Assembly: GCA_964291235.2 (NCBI GenBank)
Contig: OZ219815.1
Span: 384,001-448,000 of the forward strand
Direction: 5' to 3'
DNA: 64,000 nt
Origin: Vicinamibacteria bacterium
Lineage (GTDB): Bacteria; Acidobacteriota; Vicinamibacteria; Marinacidobacterales; Marinacidobacteraceae
Below, one piece after another: positions 59,842 through 64,000 of this stretch. Below the pieces are notes generated by a model. The model was not told where the DNA came from. It was given only the letters and a program-made list of their open reading frames with translations, and ran no database searches. The position numbers and the translations under genes were made by a program. How positions within the stretch are numbered: the first letter of the stretch is position 1; every line of letters starts with the position of its first letter.

Positions 59842-60147
59842 GCCACGCCTCCTCTATCGAGGGCTGAGGCTAGCAGCGGCGCCCACTCCGGGGAGGGCGC
59901 CGAGCGCCGTGCGTGGACCACCGGGATATGAATTCAGACGGCGACAGGTTTCCGCATTTGAAGCTCGTGCGGGCGATCTGATATACCCGACCGAAGAGGT
60001 CGGAGTTAGGCACCCGGCCTGTCAGTCATGCGTTTTCGGGGACGCTGCGCACTGGCCAGAAATGGCGGTGGCGGAGCCGTGCCCGGACTTCTTTCACCGG
60101 GGTCTTCGGGCCGCCGGTCTCTTGGCCAGCGTGTCGAGGGGGTTTCC

Positions 60148-63030
60148 ATGCACCGTTTTCTTCTTGCCCTCGGAGCGCTGCTCCTCGCCTTACCGCTCGG
60201 CGCCCAGGAACAGACCGGCACCCTGCAGGGCCGGGTCACCGACGCCTCGGCCGGCGTCCTTCCCGGCGCCACGGTGACGATCTCCGGGGAGAACATCCTC
60301 GGGGGATCCCGGAGCGCGGTGACTGCCGGAAACGGGGCCTACCGCCTCGCGAACATCCCGCCCGGGGTCTATGAAGTGTCCTTTGCGCTCAGCGGGTTTG
60401 GCCAACAGGTGTTCGAAGGGGTCCGCGTTTCCGCGGACACCACCTTCACCCTGCACGCGGAGCTCAGCGTCGCGGCCCTCGAGGAAACGGTCACGGTGAC
60501 CGGCGAATCGCCCGTCATCGAGACGGCGGCGACCGACGTCGCGTTCAACTTCACCGAAGAGGTGATGGAGAACGTCCCAAACGCCCGCGACCCGTGGGCC
60601 ATGGTGTCCCAGGTCCCCGGAGTGACCACGAACCGGATCAACGTCGGCGGCACCGAGACGGGCAACCAGCTCGCCTTCCGGGGCCACGGCGTGTTCCCGG
60701 GCCAGAACATCTACGTGCTGAACGGCGCGAACGTCACCGACAACCAGTCGAACGGCGGTTCGCAGTTCTACTTCGACGTGGACTCCTTCGAGGAGATGCA
60801 GATCGAGGTCAGCTCCCACAGCGCCGAGGTGCAGACGCCCGGCATGGTGATGAACATCGTGCCGAAGTCCGGCTCGAACAACCTCAGCGGGAGTACCAGC
60901 CTCTATTTCGGGAACGAGGGCATGCAGTCCAACAACGTGGACAGCCACCTCATGGGCCTGGGAGTGGACCGGGCGAGCAACCTGAACCAGTACCTCGACC
61001 TGGGCTTCGAAGTCGGTGGCCCGCTCATCGAGGACAAGCTCTGGTGGTGGGCCGGGCATCGCCACCAGGTCGTCCAGAAGTTCGCCACCGGCACGCAGAA
61101 CCCGGACGGCAGCTTTCCGATCGACGAGACCGTGCTCTGGTACCCCTCGGCGAAGATCAACTGGGCCATCAACCAGAATCACAACTTCTCCGTTTACTTC
61201 AACATGGCCCAGAAGAAGCGGTTCAACCGCTCGCTGAGCTCACTGCGGCCGCTGCCGACCACCTGGAACCAGCAGGGGGCGCCCATCGCGCGGCTGTTCA
61301 CCTTCCGCGACGACTGGACCGCGAGTCCGAACGTGCTGGTCGCCTTCAAGGCCAACGTCATGGACCAGGGCTTCGAGCTCCGGGCCCAGCCCGAGGTGGA
61401 TGTCGCGAACACCCCGGCACGCCTCGATCTGGCCACCGGCCAGTGGTCGGACGCCCCGCCGAACGAACTCGGCGTGCACAAGACCCTGCGGAATGTGGCC
61501 ACCACGGTCTCCTGGTACCGGAGCGACTGGGGCGGGGACCACGACTTCAAGGCCGGCTTCGAGATCGGCCAGATCCGCGCCTTCGGAAACCAGGGCGGCG
61601 GAGTGGCCCGCAACACCTACCCGGCCGATCACCGCCTCCACTTCTTCAACGGCGAGCCGTCCGAGGTCATCCTCTGGGCTTCCGGAGCGGTCGCGGCGAC
61701 CGGGCCGCAGCGGTCGGCCTTCCTCCAGGACTCCTGGGCGGTGAACAACCATCTTCGCCTGAATCTCGGCGGGCGCTGGGACTGGCAGGCGAACTCCCTC
61801 GATCAGGTCACCGCGCCCGCCAGCCGCTACCTCGATCCCGTCTCCCAGGAGGGAACCGGCAACCTGATCATCTGGAACACGATCTCGCCCCGCCTCGGGA
61901 TGGTGTTCGACGTGAGCGGCGACGCCAAGACGCTCGTGAAGTCGAGCTACGGGCGCTACTACTGGGTGCTCTGGCTGGACCGGGTGCAGTTGGCCAGCGT
62001 GGCCGGCGACCGGAACCGGAAACACGTGTGGAACGACCTGAACGGCGACCGCAACTTCAGCGCGGACGAGGCGGGGGCGGTGCTCAGCGTGTTCGACGCT
62101 GGCGCGAACCCGGTGACGATCGACGGGAACCTCGACCCGTCCTACACGGACGAGTTCACCGTGGGACTGACCCGCGAGGTGGCGGCGAACGTCTCGGCGA
62201 GCGCCACCTTCATGTGGCGGCGGGACCGGGACATCACCCAGATCACGAATACCGGGATCTCGACGGCCGACTACACCGCGGTGACCGGAACCGATCCAGG
62301 CCCGGACGGGGCGCTCGGGACGGGTGACGACGGCGGCCCCATCACCTTCTACGAACTCGACGCTTCCAAGACCGGCCTGTCGCCCAACTTCCTGACCACC
62401 CGGGAAGGCTTCGAGCACGAGTACCGCGGGTTCGAGTTCACCCTGCACCGGCGCTTGACCTCGAACTGGCAGTTCATGGGGTCGTTCACCATCGGCGAAC
62501 AGTCCGAAAACTACGGTGCCGGCTCCTACGACAACCTGGACCGCGCCGTTCCCGACGACCGGGGGCGCCAGGGTCGCCAGCCCCAGTTCCCACTGAACAA
62601 TCCCGAACTCGTGGACGGCACCCGCGTCGCGAACTCGACGCCGTACCTGGTAAAGATCCTGGGCACCTACCAGGCCGACTTCGGGCTGACGCTGAGCGGG
62701 TTCTACCAGTACATCGCGGGCAACAACTTCACCCGGACCGTGAACTCCACGGCCGCTCTGGGGCGCAGCCTGAACCAGGGCAACGTGCGGGCGTTCGCCG
62801 GCGAGCGGAACGCGGAGAACTGGGACCCTGCCAACGTGCTGGATCTGAGGGCCGCCTACGATCTGGCTCTCGGTTCGCTGGGCACGGTGTCGCTCCAGTT
62901 CGACGTCTTCAACGCGCTCAACATCAACACGATCACGAACACCCAGAGCCTTTCGGGAGGCGCCTTCGGGAGGGTGCTGGCCTTCGTCCCGCCGCGGATC
63001 TTCCGGCTCGGCGCCAAGCTCCGCTTCTGA
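60148..63030 (+). CDS. TonB-dependent receptor (Oar-like)
   Basis: Signal peptide MHRFLL, GRVTDASAGVLPGATV, YVLNGANVTD, C-terminal PPRIFRLGAKLRF; paralog of 22578-25517. Confidence 0.9.
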   Translation: MHRFLLALGALLLALPLGAQEQTGTLQGRVTDASAGVLPGATVTISGENILGGSRSAVTAGNGAYRLANIPPGVYEVSFALSGFGQQVFEGVRVSADTTFTLHAELSVAALEETVTVTGESPVIETAATDVAFNFTEEVMENVPNARDPWAMVSQVPGVTTNRINVGGTETGNQLAFRGHGVFPGQNIYVLNGANVTDNQSNGGSQFYFDVDSFEEMQIEVSSHSAEVQTPGMVMNIVPKSGSNNLSGSTSLYFGNEGMQSNNVDSHLMGLGVDRASNLNQYLDLGFEVGGPLIEDKLWWWAGHRHQVVQKFATGTQNPDGSFPIDETVLWYPSAKINWAINQNHNFSVYFNMAQKKRFNRSLSSLRPLPTTWNQQGAPIARLFTFRDDWTASPNVLVAFKANVMDQGFELRAQPEVDVANTPARLDLATGQWSDAPPNELGVHKTLRNVATTVSWYRSDWGGDHDFKAGFEIGQIRAFGNQGGGVARNTYPADHRLHFFNGEPSEVILWASGAVAATGPQRSAFLQDSWAVNNHLRLNLGGRWDWQANSLDQVTAPASRYLDPVSQEGTGNLIIWNTISPRLGMVFDVSGDAKTLVKSSYGRYYWVLWLDRVQLASVAGDRNRKHVWNDLNGDRNFSADEAGAVLSVFDAGANPVTIDGNLDPSYTDEFTVGLTREVAANVSASATFMWRRDRDITQITNTGISTADYTAVTGTDPGPDGALGTGDDGGPITFYELDASKTGLSPNFLTTREGFEHEYRGFEFTLHRRLTSNWQFMGSFTIGEQSENYGAGSYDNLDRAVPDDRGRQGRQPQFPLNNPELVDGTRVANSTPYLVKILGTYQADFGLTLSGFYQYIAGNNFTRTVNSTAALGRSLNQGNVRAFAGERNAENWDPANVLDLRAAYDLALGSLGTVSLQFDVFNALNINTITNTQSLSGGAFGRVLAFVPPRIFRLGAKLRF

Positions 63031-63104
63031 TCGGCCAGACATTTCCGGGCCGGGGCGGCGCCATCCCGGAGCCGTCCCGGCCTTCGCTTGGTAAGGTGGA
63101 TTCC

Positions 63105-64000
63105 ATGCGTTTGATTCTCGTACTGCTCTCGGGCCTGTTCGCTGCCGGCTGCAACCCCGCGCCCTCGCCGCCATCGGACACCCCGGACGAATCCGGGTAC
63201 GGAGTTCCCGGGGCCCTCGAGCGGGCCCGGATCAAGACCGCGATCGTCGAGGAAAAGCTCCGCACCGCGCTGCTGCCGGCGATGCGGGCGCACGGCATCG
63301 ACATGTGGATCGTCCTCGACCGGGAGAACCACCCGGACCCCCTCCACGACGAGATCGGCGGCGGCTTCGGGGGGGTGCGCTCTGCCTACATCTTCCATGA
63401 CTCCGGAGGCGCGGAGCCGGAGAAGATCTACCTCGGCTCCCACGTCCAGCCGGGAGACTCGGTGATCGAACAGATCTACGACGAGCAGGTCTATTACGGC
63501 TACAGCGAGGAGGGAATCACGCCTCACCTCCGGGAAGCGGTTCATAGCCGGGACCCCGAGCGCATCGGAATCAACACCTCGAGGACGCTTCCCGAGGCCG
63601 ATGGACTCACGGTCGCCTTCCGCGAGGTTCTGGTGGAAGCGATCGGACCCACGTATGCCGACCGCCTGGTGTCGGCGGAACTGCTGGTCCGGGACTTCCG
63701 GCTCCTCCGCACTCCGCTTGAGCAACAGCTCTACCGGCAGCTGACCGAATGGACCGCGCGGTGGGAGGTTGACGGGTTGACGGGAGCTCACGTCATTCCC
63801 GGCGAAACCACCGCGCTCGAAATGGCGGGCTGGTTCGAGGATCGGGCCCTCGAGCTCGGCATGGGCAGTTTCCAGACCGTTCGGGTGGTCCGAGGGGGCG
63901 ACCTGCTGCCGCGCCATGCCCCGGACATTCCCATCCAGCCCGGCGACATCGTGGCGGTGGACGCGGGGCTCTTCTACCTGCAGTTCGAGTCCGACATGAA
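63105..64000 (+). CDS. M24 (Xaa-Pro) family peptidase lipoprotein, 3'-partial
   Basis: MRLILVLL...AAGC; LLPAMRAHGIDMWIVLDRE; IQPGDIVAVDAG; runs off the window. Confidence 0.7.
   Translation, partial: MRLILVLLSGLFAAGCNPAPSPPSDTPDESGYGVPGALERARIKTAIVEEKLRTALLPAMRAHGIDMWIVLDRENHPDPLHDEIGGGFGGVRSAYIFHDSGGAEPEKIYLGSHVQPGDSVIEQIYDEQVYYGYSEEGITPHLREAVHSRDPERIGINTSRTLPEADGLTVAFREVLVEAIGPTYADRLVSAELLVRDFRLLRTPLEQQLYRQLTEWTARWEVDGLTGAHVIPGETTALEMAGWFEDRALELGMGSFQTVRVVRGGDLLPRHAPDIPIQPGDIVAVDAGLFYLQFESDM

Overview
GC-rich bacterial chromosomal segment. A GWxTD protein, Oar-like TonB-dependent receptors and carboxypeptidase-regulatory/TPR proteins suggest Acidobacteriota (inference). The many Pro-rich-linker/FN3 lipoproteins resemble those of host-associated lineages such as sponge symbionts (weaker inference). 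The backbone carries topA (5'-partial), xerC, pncB/pncA-like, serS, a sigma54 two-component system, eno, a TRAP transporter, mrfA/mrfB-like repair genes, moaD/moaE/thiD, several peptidases and five tRNAs (Ser-TGA, Gln-CTG, Ser-GCT, Ala-GGC, Sec-TCA). Accessory highlights: (1) five TGATG-coupled paralogous lipoprotein metzincin genes (15235-20684) with near-identical junction DNA but divergent catalytic domains, in an integrase-less island at tRNA-Ser(TGA). A sixth paralog that has lost all Zn ligands lies in a 1.8-kb phage remnant at tRNA-Ala with the same layout. (2) A 41-unit, 32-bp-period repeat array (54271-56071) split by a hicB-hicA pair, next to a winged-helix protein gene, cut by an IS21-like end and bracketed by inverted REP-like elements. 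(3) A CTAG-flanked MITE, a REP-like family with a covarying hairpin, and a circularly permuted D-amino-acid-oxidase-like lipoprotein. All protein calls come from reading motifs by eye; no database searches were run.
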